A stretch of DNA of 63,550 nucleotides, counting the filler, from Lenisia limosa (lineage: Eukaryota > Protista > Breviatea), in NCBI GenBank assembly GCA_001655205.1. It is 10 parts of 10 records of this genome, joined end to end, with 100 filler letters (N's around TTAATTAATTAA, not from the genome) between each part and the next. Parts side by side here need not be neighbours in the genome. Positions count along the whole stretch, not along the records: positions 43,414 to 52,734 come from LPNZ01000356.1; positions 52,835 to 55,630 come from LPNZ01000983.1; positions 55,731 to 61,155 come from LPNZ01008699.1; positions 61,256 to 63,550 come from LPNZ01006434.1; 6 more parts are not named here. One strand, written 5' to 3'. This document shows, in pieces, positions 49,041 through 61,540 of the stretch. A program made the position numbers and the translations under genes. The notes beneath the pieces were generated by a model. The model had not been told where the DNA came from. It saw nothing but the letters and a program-made list of their open reading frames with translations, and did no database searches. Position 1 is the first letter of the stretch. Each line of letters opens with the position of its first letter.

Positions 49041-52000
49041 ACCAGAAGACTCAGTATCTATGAAATTAATTATATATACCAGGAAAATTGAAATTTTATT
49101 CTTTCGTTTGCCTCTTACGCTGTCAATTTAAGATAATGCTAATTATACATTTATTCAGCAGCTTAAACCCTATTTACCGACCGTGATTGAAGAAGTTCTT
49201 TATTTCCTAAAGTGGATAGTGTACTTCATTGTTGAGTGCAAACACTGTCTCGATGATTGGTGTCGACTTTGGTTTCCCCTTTTCTGAAAGAAGTTGCCTT
49301 ATCTCGATGGTAAGTGGTATCTTTGGTCTTGTGAGTCCCATTAACACTGTTTTTCGTCTAGTTTACTACTTATCACTTGGCTTACACTGAGTTTCGTCCT
49401 CAAATCGTTCATTGTAAAGTTTTGAAGGTATGTAATGCTGAAGGAACGGGTTTAGTGTGATTTTTCAGTTTTCACAGTGATCTCTTTCAACTGATCTTGC
49501 TGTGTTCCCTTTTCCCAGCTACTCCCCTTCTCTACAGGAGCACTTTTTTGTTTCATGAACAAATACTGTTTATATTATTAGGATCTTTTGCGTTTCTGAT
49601 GCCTTCTGACTTGCATAAAAGAAGAAATAGTACCAAGTGAGAGCAAGATCGTGAAGGACACTGTGTTAGTATATATACGGTTGTTTTGTGTAACAGCATG
49701 TTTTACAGTTTAAGAAGATTATTTACCCTCTCCAATGCAGAATAACACCAGAACTTGCTTAAGGAAGAAAAAGTATTCTCACCTTTTGGGAGGGTATTGA
49801 GGACCTCGTCATTTTCGTTGGAATCGAGCCCATCTCTGGCGGAATGGGACTGCACACCCCAAAACTCATTGGAGTCCTTAACGGCTCTGTTGAAAGCGCG
49901 CTTTAATGTGTCGTCACGGAAAGGGTCAAAAACAATCTGAGGGCAAGGGCTTCCCTAGTCTTGAGGAGACTTGTAAATGAACTGAATAGACTCAACAAGC
50001 AACAAAAAAAGTCAGTTTTTGTTTGACAGAAATTTTAAAACCAACCTTCTTGGACTTGGTAGCAATCATCTGTTCATCAATGGCAAGATGACGTGGGGAT
50101 CGTGAGCAGAGCGCCAGGCGACAGTGACGGCGATGAGGAGGGAACGGATCTTGGTAATGGGATCGTCGGCAAACATCTCAGACCTTGCGGCGAAATACAA
50201 TACACCTGTGATCTCAAAGAATCGAGTTCGAGAGAAGATAGAAGACAGGAATGGGCAATAGGTGGCCTGGGACCCTTGATATTGGACCGAGAACAAACAC
50301 CATTCCCAACGACAAAGCCGAATGAGAGGTCGACACAAACGCAATATCATCTTGGTGTAGCGGGAGAGTGGTGGATGGATCTTGGAGAATGATGGAGGTT
50401 AACAATACAAGAGATTTTGCGGATAATCAAAAAAATGGAATAAATGAAAAAGAAATTAACAAATATTTTCAAAAAATATAAGCTACCCAACATACTATTC
50501 TTGGTTCAGATTGGACCATCACCTTACTGAGAAGGGCCGTGGCCATCATGATGTGAAAGGACTTATAAAATTAGAAAAGAATTAACGAACAAGCAAAGTC
50601 CCAGTAAACTATTGATTTTCGATACTTTACAGGTCTTTTTAGTACATAATTATGTAAAATTTATGATTCTTTAATTTTGACGCTACTGTGAATTTGCCTC
50701 TAGATTAAATTACTTGAGCATTTTTAGTCACTTGTCTCTCGACCGGCAACTTACGTCACCGCTGCGGCCACTGCAGTTCAGGAAATTTGGCGTCTAAATA
50801 AAATCAGTACAAATCTAAGGTTAATAAAGGTGTTTTGATGTGATTGGAAATGTATGTTTTTTGAAACAAATTGCGTGCTGTTTATTATCATTTTTATTTT
50901 TATTATTTGGTATTATGATTTTTTTATCGCGTAATACCAGAAAAGCACTTGGGCTAACTTAAGATGATTGATCATTAAAAAGACAAAAAAGAAACAAAAA
51001 AGGAGAGGGGAAATAAAAAAAGAGGGGGGGGAAGTGTTAATTTTTGGTGAAATGGATGATGTCTTGTCACTGATCTGGTGATCTAAAACTCAATATTTGA
51101 AACATGCAGTAAATGGTACGCTAGATCATATGAACTATATAATTCCCATTTTCAACAATAAGTAACTTTTTTTTTCGCAATGGTATGAGTACTGGTACCC
51201 CGGACCAAGATAGTTCACCCCCTTGGTCCTCATAAGGATAAAATATAACTATTTTATGTCTCAGTATTTTTCTGGCTCCCGCTATATAATATTATAAATA
51301 TGTAGATATTAACAAAAAAGTTATTATTTTTGAGTGATCCTAAGGATGATCAAAGTGCCCGATTAAGTGCATCTTAAGCGTTCTGTGTATGTTAGATTGT
51401 CTTGGAATATTTACTTTAACAAATCAAATGGATTGTCACCACGTCAGGACTGTTTGATCCAGAATGTTCATGAGGTCTCAAAACTAGTTTACTTTATACT
51501 CTCCCTCCTTTCCTACGCTTAATTATTTCTATTTCCTTCGTCTTAAAGCTTGGCACTGATTTAGAAGAAGAAAAAAGAAAAGAAAAACTGAAGGAAAATT
51601 TGGCTTGTCTAAATATGAGGTGCACTTGTTTTTGAACTCAAGGATGACCCCTCTATTTTTCAAAAACTGTTCCAAAACTTTAAGCTTTTTTTTTTTTTCT
51701 ACTACTGGTTCCAAAACAAAGTGGACCTCAGATTTGGTTGAGCCGAAAATTCTCCATAAAACTGTCCACCCCTAGGGAGAAAATTAAGCAGACTCCCGCT
51801 AAAAATCCCGCCAGGTAAACTCTTGGAAAGTTTATAGAAGCTTTTTCACTCTTTAATTGGCTCATCTGTTGAGTTCTGGGAAAGAATATAATTGTAACTG
51901 AGTGGTACAATCATGTTCAATCCCCCCCCCCCCAGAAATGACCTGACACCACCACCTTAAAAGTTCTTTCGACACTTGTAAACTTGCCACACTAAAGCCA

Positions 52001-52677
52001 TCCTAAAGATGCACTATTTTTAAATCGTTCTTCTCTGATCTTGTTTCAACCGTTTTTTTCTTCTTCTGAGCGGTCTTTTTGATAGAAAAAAAGGAGTGTT
52101 TGAAAGAATTGCAAATATTGAGGATTGTCAATTTCCCTCTGGCAAAAAAAAACAACTATCGACTGAAGCCCATGTCTAGTGTATATCCTTGATGAATAAG
52201 GGGTTGACTGTGAAATTGTAGGCTGGAGAAGGTCAAGCAAATCACAACTATTTTTGTATCACAAATTCTCAAGGTTTGTTTGTTGGCAATTATGAGGCAC
52301 TTTCTTGCCAAACGAATTTCGGCAATTTGATGTGTTATTCAAAGCTAAACATGCAGGAGTATTCCACGTTCAGTATTTGCTCACAACACTCCCCAATACT
52401 GGAGTTACATATTTAAATTTAAAGGGAATTGTGTTAAATCAAGAAGAACTCATCACTGACAAATTTTTAACAATAGTTGATCTAAATCAAATTTCTCTTC
52501 AAAGCCGACCATTATACAAGTTTTGCACCACTCTTGTGAGGAATATTATTAATCAGGCTATCAAAGAAGTGAAGGAGCAGGTTTGAATTAGTTGAAATTA
52601 TTGTGTTTTGCTTTTCCTTCTAATTTTTTTGAACTAAAATGGTTTGTTGGGATAACAATTTCAAGATAAACCTCACT

Positions 52678-52734
52678 ATATGCGTCCGTTCAAAATTCCG
52701 GTTTTTTTGCCAATTCCGGTTTTTAGACAATCTT
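52678..52734 (-). repeat. 57-bp repeat, inverted partner of 43416-43472
   Basis: Exact reverse complement, abutting the linker. Confidence 0.92.
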
Positions 52735-52849
52735 NNNNNNNNNNNNNNNNNNNNNNNNNNNNNNNNNNNNNNNNNNNNTTAATTAATTAANNNNNNNNNN
52801 NNNNNNNNNNNNNNNNNNNNNNNNNNNNNNNNNNTCACCATAAGGCTGA

Positions 52850-55630
52850 AAGGGAGTCGCAGCACTGGGGTCCTGCTGAAAGGTTAGGGGAAAATGCAGT
52901 GCTATTAAAGCGAATGGCCTGGGCGTTGTTTGTTTTGTTGTTTTCTACCCTTTGCTGCTCCAACAGAGTTGATTTTGGGCTTTTTAGTATTATTATTGTT
53001 TTCTCTCCATTTTATTACTCCCCCATTCAAACAATTTACCTCTCTTCCTTTCACAAACACAAACCCTGCATTATGGACTCGACTCAGTTGTTATCAACCC
53101 TGTGTGTTATCAGCCAACAGAGTTGATTTGTGCTTTTGGTTTCATAAATTCTCCAATCTTACTCCCCACTTCCAGTGAAGAGCTGATGCGCGAGTTTGTT
53201 GATGATGTTGCGCCACATGCGCCTACGCAAGCTTTTGAGAATATGTTGTCAAGGATGATCAAAGGTGTGTGTGTGGGTATTATATTGGTTTTATTATATT
53301 AAATAAGAACAAAATGGCTGAAAGCTCATGATAATGAACAAAAAAGATAAAAAGCTGGAAGCGGATAGTGTGCCCTTGCATTTGCAAGGGGGCTTATTCC
53401 AGATAAGCCAGTTGGGAAAGTGGTGGTATTTCAAGGATGACAGTGTCTCCCACCTATGCTACACCTCTCGAAGTAGCACTATCTATAGCAGCCAGGAATA
53501 AAAGGAGGAAGAGAAAACTATTTAAATTCAAACCCGTTTGCACCCAGGAGAAAATACGGATATTTTTTTTAAGTTTTTTTTATGTATATTTAGTCCCCCC
53601 TATTCATTCCCTTTGTTTTGCATAAAACAGGTTGTATTTGGCCGAAGCCGTCCACACAATCCTTATCAGAGATATTGATGATAGTATAATATTAAATTAT
53701 TTTTAGTATTACATTTATCTTTTCATTATTATAATTATTATATATAATACCCTAGCATTTCTACATGTTGCTAATTACCCTCCAGTCTATTATTTATTAT
53801 TACCAAGGGTGGAGAAATAAAAACCCGCAACACACTTCAACCTTGGACTTATACTATTTTTTAATTAGATTATAATCAATATTATTAATAATTCTTAGTA
53901 GTAATTTTTATTAATTAATATTATTACCTAGGGTGGAGGAAACGAACGAAAGAAGCTGTTGCCAAGGCCCTTGCTCATCAGTCCGCTCATATTGAATGTG
54001 GGGGGTGCCGCTGATGATTAGGGCTTTGTTTTTGTGTTTTTGTGTTTTGTCATCTGGTTTTTGTCAAGCGGTGGTTGCTTGCGTTATTGCTTGTTTTATT
54101 TTGTTTTTTTAGTTTGGAAGTTCAGATTATTCGGTTTGTTTATGTTAATATTCTTCATCGACATATCCTTCGTTTACCCCCCCCCCCCNNNNNNNNNNNN
54201 NNNNNNNNNNNNNNNNNNNNNNNNNNNNNNNNNNNNNNNNNNNNNNNNNNNNNNNNNNNNNNNNNNNNNNCAGTTGTACTCTCGCAGCGCCTGGAGGCAC
54301 TTAAGGTTGAGGGTATAGTGTTGACCTTACGTAGCAAAATATGCGTAGACTACAGGTATAATGTATGCTGGGAGGCACGCAGAAATCTGTGTGTCCAGAG
54401 TTACAAGGCAAATGATTGGCTTCGACCAGATACAACCTTGTTTTTTTATTTATCATCAATAATTATGTTCATAATACTAAATCGAAATAGTATATGACGA
54501 TGAGCCAGTTTAAGCCTATTTTGACCGTATAGCGTGAGTTGAAGAACGCCAAAGCAGAAACTGAGAAAATGAGGAAGAGATACGAGAAAGTCAAAGTGGG
54601 GGGGGGGGGNNNNNNNNNNNNNNNNNNNNNNNNNNNNNNNNNNNNNNNNNNNNNNNNNNNNNNNNNNNNNNNNNNNNNNNNNNNNNNNNNNNNNNNNNNN
54701 NNNNNNNNNNNNNNNNNNNNNNNNNNNNNNNNNNNNNNNNNNNNNCCAGTGTAAAATTTGTTTTGCTTTAATAACTCCATCTAACCCCCAAGATGAGTTT
54801 AAAAAAAGCAAGAAAACTAGGATATATTGCAGAATCGTCTATTTTTACCTCTTTGAAAATTGAGTGAAATGTGTCGTTTTTTTTTTCAAAAAATAAATCA
54901 TATCTCTGGTTCATATTTCCTCTCACCTTTAGATGAAATGGGTCTCTGGGGAATCGCGGTTTTCAGACACAAACGGGTCGCAGAATATGAAGGTTAGTGT
55001 GGGCTTTGTCTGTGCACTTGTTGTTGTTTTCACAGGGGGGTCCCGGGAGGGGTTGCAACTTCTGTTTTCTCAGTTTCGAAGGTTTGAACTTCACTTCGGT
55101 TCATATTTTATCAATATTTATCTATTCACCAAAATTATCCATTTTTTCATATTTCCCCGATATATTTTCAAATTTGACCCCTCACCCCAGGGCTCCACAG
55201 TCCTCTCCAGCAGTATAGCCGCAATGAGCAATATGAGCGCGAGCGTGGCGCGTCTTGAGGCTGAAAATGCACGGCTTACTACACAACTTCAGGATGTGGA
55301 AGTGGGAGGGGGGGGTAAGACGGCTCCACTTCGGTACGGAAAATCCTGGTAAATTATGATAGTTTTCGAGGATTTATCGAGAAATTCAGACTTTTTTTGA
55401 ATTGAACTGAAGCCCTAGGTAAGAGGGAGGAGACTGTGGGCACTTGACTATCCACAACCCTTTTTACGATGAGGTGCTGCAGAAGCGACTTGCCTGGGCT
55501 TTTTTTTTGTATTGCAGCCAACAGAGATGATTTTGGGCTTTTGTCTGTTTCATCAATTTCCAATTTTACTCCTACAGGACATTGTTATGCCCCAGGCGAA
55601 GCAAAAGGCCTACATGCGCGGCGCTGCAGT
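52850..55630 (+). CDS. Coiled-coil-rich multi-exon gene(s), hypothetical
   Basis: Exons RKRTKEAVAKALAHQSAHIE, VLSQRLEALK, RELKNAKAETEKMRKRYEKVK, SVARLEAENARLTTQLQDVE. The 5' exon near 53180 may belong to a separate gene. Confidence 0.55.
53625..53697 (-). repeat. Dispersed repeat family B
   Basis: Reverse orientation relative to 4351. Confidence 0.8.
55322..55417. mobile_element. MITE family A
   Basis: GGCTCCACTTCGG ... GAACTGAAGCCCTA, inside an intron. Confidence 0.75.
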
Positions 55631-55924
55631 NNNNNNNNNNNNNNNNNNNNNNNNNNNNNNNNNNNNNNNNNNNNTTAATTAATTAANNNNNNNNNNNNNN
55701 NNNNNNNNNNNNNNNNNNNNNNNNNNNNNNGCTTCTACGCGTAATGGTACTCCAAACAAATAACCAGGCAACAGCAAACACAAGGGCTAATGAGAAGAAT
55801 ATTTGCAGAAAGAATAGAACTATATGGAAATATTTATCATGTAGAGTTAACGCTGGTATCATAGTTCATTTGGACAAGGGGAATTGTTAATTCTGAGGTA
55901 CATACAATTCCCAGTTAAAAAGTA

Positions 55925-58900
55925 CCTTAATTCTTAGTGCGGCGGGTGAGTCGCTTCCCACAAAGCGACATAGGACTGGGAAGNNNNNNNNNNNNNNNNN
56001 NNNNNNNNNNNNNNNNNNNNNNNNNNNNNNNNNNNNNNNNNNNNNNNNNNNNNNNNNNNNNNNNNNNNNNNNNNNNNNNNNNNNNNNNNNNNNNNNNNNN
56101 NNNNNNNNNNNNNNNNNNNNNNNNNNNNNNNNNNNNNNNNNNNNNNNNNNNNNTAACAACAAAACAAACAACGCCCAGGTCAGTCGCTTTTTTCGAACCG
56201 AAGTGAAGCCCTTGGCTCAACCCATACTACATACACAACCACCCTGGCATACACAAGAAGGTGTTGGAGAGTGACGAATACATGGTGAAGGAGTGCAGGA
56301 GGAGTCTCTGGTGAGATCATGCTAAAGATGTTAGCTGTTGGGCGGGTGTTGAGGTACAACACAACATTAAACAACAATTATGTCAGAAAATATATCATGT
56401 AATAAACTATCATATAATATTTGTATCTGGACGAAGCCTTCCACACCATCACGCTGATAAGAGATATTGAATAAGAGCATAAGTTATTTCACCCAATCAT
56501 TTGCCTTACAACTCTGTGCACACAGCTTTCTGCGTGCCTCCACAGAAAGACATAATATCATAGGCAGTTCTCAGATCGAAACCTCAGAATATACCCAGAG
56601 CCCACCCAAGAAGAGGCGGAAATACGAGGTAGGCAAGGTCACGAAGGCCCAAGGCAATCGCTGGATAGTGAAAACATGTAATATCAAAATGTGAATGAAA
56701 AGTAAGCGGAAAGCAGAAGACGGTCCAATCATTAAGAAACGACAAAATGAAAGCAATTCCATCAAATTCTACATATTTCTTTATATTTGATATGTCACGA
56801 TAGATATCAAGAGTCACAACATTAATCCCCTTCGACTATCCATCCTGCCCCCACCCTGCAGAGCGGAAAGGCCTGAAATGGCAACGGCACGGGATTGGGA
56901 CTCGTCATGCGTGATGGCGGATATAAGGAAGGGGATGGCGTGGACAAGATCGGGGTATAGAGACTCTCCAACCTAAATATGGTAACTTCCATATTGGAAA
57001 AGCCATCTGCCCATCCTTCAAAAGTCTGAAGCAGTTCATCCCCTTCCCCTCACAGCAATAGCAAGGTCTCTGAAAAGGGCGCAGCAGGCCGACTAAATAG
57101 TGAATGTGTTGACATTAATCGACAAAATTATGAAACCAAAGTGTCTGAAATTTAGTTTTTGTTGTAAAGCTCCACTTCATTGTACAAAATTAAGTCCTCT
57201 GAGTCTAGGAAATATGAATGAATGAAACAGCGAAGCCGTCGACATTATTTTGCTTCAAAGATGCACGGATTTGTACAACACATCCAGTTATTTACTGTAA
57301 CTCGATACAAAATAATAATTGTTTAAAAAGAAGCTGGCTCTTGACATTAATAATTCCAAATTAAACTCAATTTTGTTACATATTTCAAATGATTTCTTTT
57401 TCATATATACAACATGTAAAATATTCCATTTCTGTATGCTGTGTGTTTTATTACACTTTCTATAGAAGGAAGGTTTGGCTTACCGCATTCGGACTTCCCC
57501 AATAAGGCTTGATTGCCGCCAGAAAATCGGCAATGAAGGGGGCAGCCTTGAGGCGAACTGAAAGGAGAATGCTGAGGGGGCAAGGGTTAATATGAAAGCA
57601 ATATGCAATACACTGAGTGTGGAGCTGAAGCAACTATGTGAATGACAATATCAAACCCGTCAACTTCCATAAACAGTCAGCTCGCCAATCTATTAGAACT
57701 AGGGCTTCCTATGGTCCCAAAAAAGAACAAATATTCCAATAAATCCTCGATAAATATCGATATTTTGACGTCTTTTTTGGACCGTTGGGAAGCCCTCATT
57801 AGAATAATCCATGTAATGCCGCCTTATCCCCCTCGACTGGTCTCATCCTTCTACATTCCAGCCTCTATTCTCTCGTTTCTTCCCTCTCCCTTTATGGGCC
57901 TCTCTTCCGTCATCTTCAGGTCTGTTGAATTTCAATGGTATGCATTGGCAACCAATAATTTACCCAAATTATTACTTGTCTGGACTAGGGAACGAGTCCC
58001 TCTCAAGGTTTGTGGATTAACAAGTTACATTTATCCAATTCCCCCGAGGCGCCCAAGCGAATCTAAATCCTGTATGATGGAGGTGGGTGGGTGAAATTCT
58101 CCTTTGTTTGAGAAGGAGAGGATTATTAAAACATATTTTTTTTGATGTTTATAGGAAATGAACTGGATTGAACTGAATCTGAATTGTACTTGAACTGAAT
58201 GCGTGAATTCATTGCCTTTCCTTGAGTGTTTATATCCTGTATCCAACCGATCTGGTTTGTGATTCTTAGATGTTCATTTCCTCCAAGGTAGGTTTCCTCT
58301 CCTTGTTAATTCACATTCTTTAGTAGTTTGTCATGTGACTTCTCTGGTTCATTCATTGGGTTATTTGTCTTCACCCTACTCAACTCCTTCCACCCTCTTT
58401 CCATTCCCCAAGTCAGGGATAAAACTTATTTAAGCCCCTTTCCTGGGCGGAAATCTCACTTTACCCCCCACCTCTTCATACTTCACTACATACTGCTGCA
58501 TCCCAACCCCACCTGGCTAAATGCTGCATCAGAGTGTCGACTGGGTAGGACTGATTCTGGAACTAAAATGTTGGAAAAGGCAGAAAGAGTGCTTGCAAAA
58601 GACGATAATGATGAAGAGTGCTTGCAAAAGACGATAATGATGAANNNNNNNNNNNNNNNNNNNNNNNNNNNNNNNNNNNNNNNNNNNNNNNNNNNNNNNN
58701 NNNNNNNNNNNNNNNNNNNNNNNNNNNNNNNNNNNNNNNNNNNNNNNNNNNNNNNNNNNNNNNNNNNNNNNNNNNNNNNNNNNNNNNNNNNNNNNNNNNN
58801 NNNNNNNNNNNNNNNNNNNNNNNNNNNNNNNNNNNNNNNNNNNNNNNNNNNNNNNNNNNNNNNNNNNNNNNNNNNNNNNNNNNNNNNNNNNNNNNNNNNN

Positions 58901-61150
58901 NNNNNNNNNNNNNNNNNNNNNNNNNNNCCAAAATCAACTCTACTATCCTTTAAAGTCTCGTACTACTCCAATACAATGCAAAATAGCGCAAACCTGGAGC
59001 GACTTGACTGTAAACACCAGTGCTTGGACGCAGTGCGGGAAGTGCTGACTGGGGGGTGAAAAGGGAAAATTAAAAAACAACAACAAAAAAAAAAAAAACC
59101 TGTTGACCTGCATCTAATACGGACACCCCTCCACCTAAGAGCAGGATCCCTCAAAATGGACACAAGAACGTTGACCGCACTTGAGGTGAAGAGCGTATTC
59201 GGGTCGTCGTGCGTGATAGTTTTAACCGGTGAAATGGGAATCGGGGGATGAACTGAATGGTCAGTTCTATTTCTTTGATACGGGAAGAACCTTTGAAATT
59301 GTCGAGTATGGAATCATCAATCATCAATGATGTAGAGATGAGGAATAAAACAAGGTTATATCTGGCTGAAGCCGTCCACACCATCACGCTGATAAGAGAT
59401 AATGGTACAATATTCACCCACAATCACCACATCATTTGCCTGACATCATGCAAACACCTTCAAATTAATTATCATAGATGTGTCTACCGATCACCACAAC
59501 AGCCCTCAAACCATCAATAACATCGGCAGCAACCCTGGTGCGCAGGAGGTCGGGATTGGCCGCTCCCAGAGATCCAATTGCCTAATATGGTAATTGATGA
59601 ATGCATGTGCCAAATATGGAAAGCAACAAAAAAAAAACATATCATATATATAGCTACATATCTAGATACATATGTATAAAATAAGGCAAATCGATTAGAA
59701 AACAACTCCTTTAATGGTATCCCTGTGGTTTATTTGTTACCCTAGATTTTTTAATGCATATTATTTCCCTTGTTATATAGCCTCCAAATGTGAGGTATGA
59801 CGTGTCATTAATAATGGTGGAAACCACTCAGACTGCAACAGCAAATGTGATTAATGGTGGGAACCACTCAGACTGCAAACAGGCCCAGGGACTTTACAGG
59901 AATAATAGAGATATTTTGTAGGTTATAATATTGGGCTATCTTCCTAAAAGAGCAACGATTTGTGTTAATTTTGCAGTTCCCACCTCTACAATTTCGGCCT
60001 TGATTGAGTTATTGGTCTCGGTTTGGAGTGCAAGGGCAAAGGAGCGGAAGAGACGGTGGTGCTGCTCGGGGTTGGTGGTCGGTTGGATCACCCAGCTAGA
60101 GGGGTAAGAGTGGTCGGAAACTAGAACCCTCCCCACCCCCTTGGGTTGAAATCGAGGGTTGAAATCGAGGGTTGAAATCGACCCCCAAAAACACACACAA
60201 CACCATGTCACACCCCCTTCACCAAGTCATTTTAGCTAGAGCCGTTACGGCCCTAAATGCCTGCCGCCGCCTTCCGGTGTACGTGTTATCCGAGGCAGCC
60301 TTGGTGAGGTAAGATTGAATAACTGATGAAACAAAAAGCTCAAAACAAACTCTGGTAATAAGTCAGATAATGACATATAACCCGAAATTTGCAGCACTCC
60401 GCTCACGTCCACAATGACAGCGGCCATACGGGGGACAATCGCGTCCAGTTCTTCAGAGCCAGACTAAAACGTCAGAAAAGGCAAAATGGTGAGGAAGGCT
60501 GCTGCCTTTTTTGGGCCAACTTGAAGCCCCTCAATGCCTCTATGTTATCGATGGTGTGGGAATGAAAATAATCGAAGGGTGTATCCCTACCACACCATCT
60601 TTTATAACAGATTAGAGCATCTGGCCGAAGCTGTCCCACCATCACGTTTATAAAATCGAAAGCATGATGCCATTTGCTTACAACCACCACTCATTCGAAT
60701 CAGAAGCATTCTTTGCCCAGCCCAGAACAGAACCCACCATTATGACTTCATAGAGACATGACAGGAGAGTGGACGAAAGCACGGGAGATTCCACTCTTTC
60801 CAAAGCATTGAGAACCGACTAAACGCGTCAAAAGCGACAGTAAAATCTGGACTCGAACCATACGTATAGAGTGACCGGGATGAGACTTGACCAATTTTCC
60901 TTGTGAAATCACAGAGCAAATCGGTCAAGACTTATGTCGGTTACTGTACGTGTAACCGTTACTAACAAGACGAAATTTCGATAAAGCCTCGATAAAGTTC
61001 AATGTTTACCGGTCTTCTCCTTGGACCGTAGCGAAGCCCAAGTAAACTTCCCTCAAAATTCCCCCGTACCAAGGCGGTGGTGGAAGCGAAAGGTGCAAGC
61101 GCAGTTCCGGCGGCAGATAGCAAGGATAAAAGGAGCTTAGCTGTCGTTTC
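55925..61150 (-). CDS. HEAT/ARM-repeat protein, many short exons (MMS19-like is a weak guess)
   Basis: Amphipathic helical exons AKLLLSLLSAAG, AIGSLGAANPDLLRTRVAADVID, AAPFIADFLAAIKPYW, VGESLYPDLVHAIPFLISAITHDESQSRAVAISGLSAL, all on the minus strand across one contig. Confidence 0.6.
57709..57798. mobile_element. MITE family A, subfamily 2
   Basis: TAGGGCTTCCTATGGTCC ... GGACCGTTGGGAAGCCC. Confidence 0.8.
59362..59402 (-). repeat. Dispersed repeat family B
   Basis: AAAACAAGGTTATATCTGGCTGAAGCCGTCCACACCATCACGCTGATAAGAGATA; a similar copy lies at 56420-56470. Confidence 0.85.
60869..60946. mobile_element. Tc1/mariner-type MITE family F
   Basis: TA-GAGTGACCGGG ... GTCGGTTACTG-TA. Confidence 0.85.
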
Positions 61151-61255
61151 GTGGANNNNNNNNNNNNNNNNNNNNNNNNNNNNNNNNNNNNNNNNNNNNT
61201 TAATTAATTAANNNNNNNNNNNNNNNNNNNNNNNNNNNNNNNNNNNNNNNNNNNN

Positions 61256-61329
61256 CCGATCTCGACGCTCAGATGAAGATGCTGCGTCTGGAGAAGGAGC
61301 TAGCCCAGGCCAGGAAGCATGTCAAGTAG
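61256..61329 (+). CDS. C-terminal exon resembling the I/LWEQ (talin/HIP1R/Sla2) tail
   Basis: DLDAQMKMLRLEKELAQARKHVK* resembles the xxAQxxxLxxExELxxAR tail motif. Confidence 0.55.
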
Positions 61330-61450
61330 ATCTCTCTGATCGATTCGGTCTTGTGTTTGTGTGCTTTATGGGGGCATGGGGGGGTTTGGTTGCTAGTTTA
61401 TATGTATATTGTGTTCCTCTATTTTCATTTAGCGGCGTGATTGTTATTAG

Positions 61451-61540
61451 TAGGGGTTCACTTCGGTATGAAAAAGATCTGCAATTGTCGTAATATATCG
61501 AGGATTTATCAGTCTATTTTCGAACCGAAGTGAAGCCCTA
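61451..61540. mobile_element. MITE family A
   Basis: TA-GGGGTTCACTTCGGT ... ACCGAAGTGAAGCCC-TA. Confidence 0.88.

Noticed and set aside
50066-50350. Scramblase/LURP-like C-terminal exons (minus strand)
   Set aside because: The resemblance (ILRLCRP; DDPITKIRSLLIA) is too weak to call without a search.
43414-52734. Polinton/Maverick or endogenous virus
   Set aside because: No recognisable protein-primed polymerase, capsid, packaging ATPase or retroviral-type integrase motifs.
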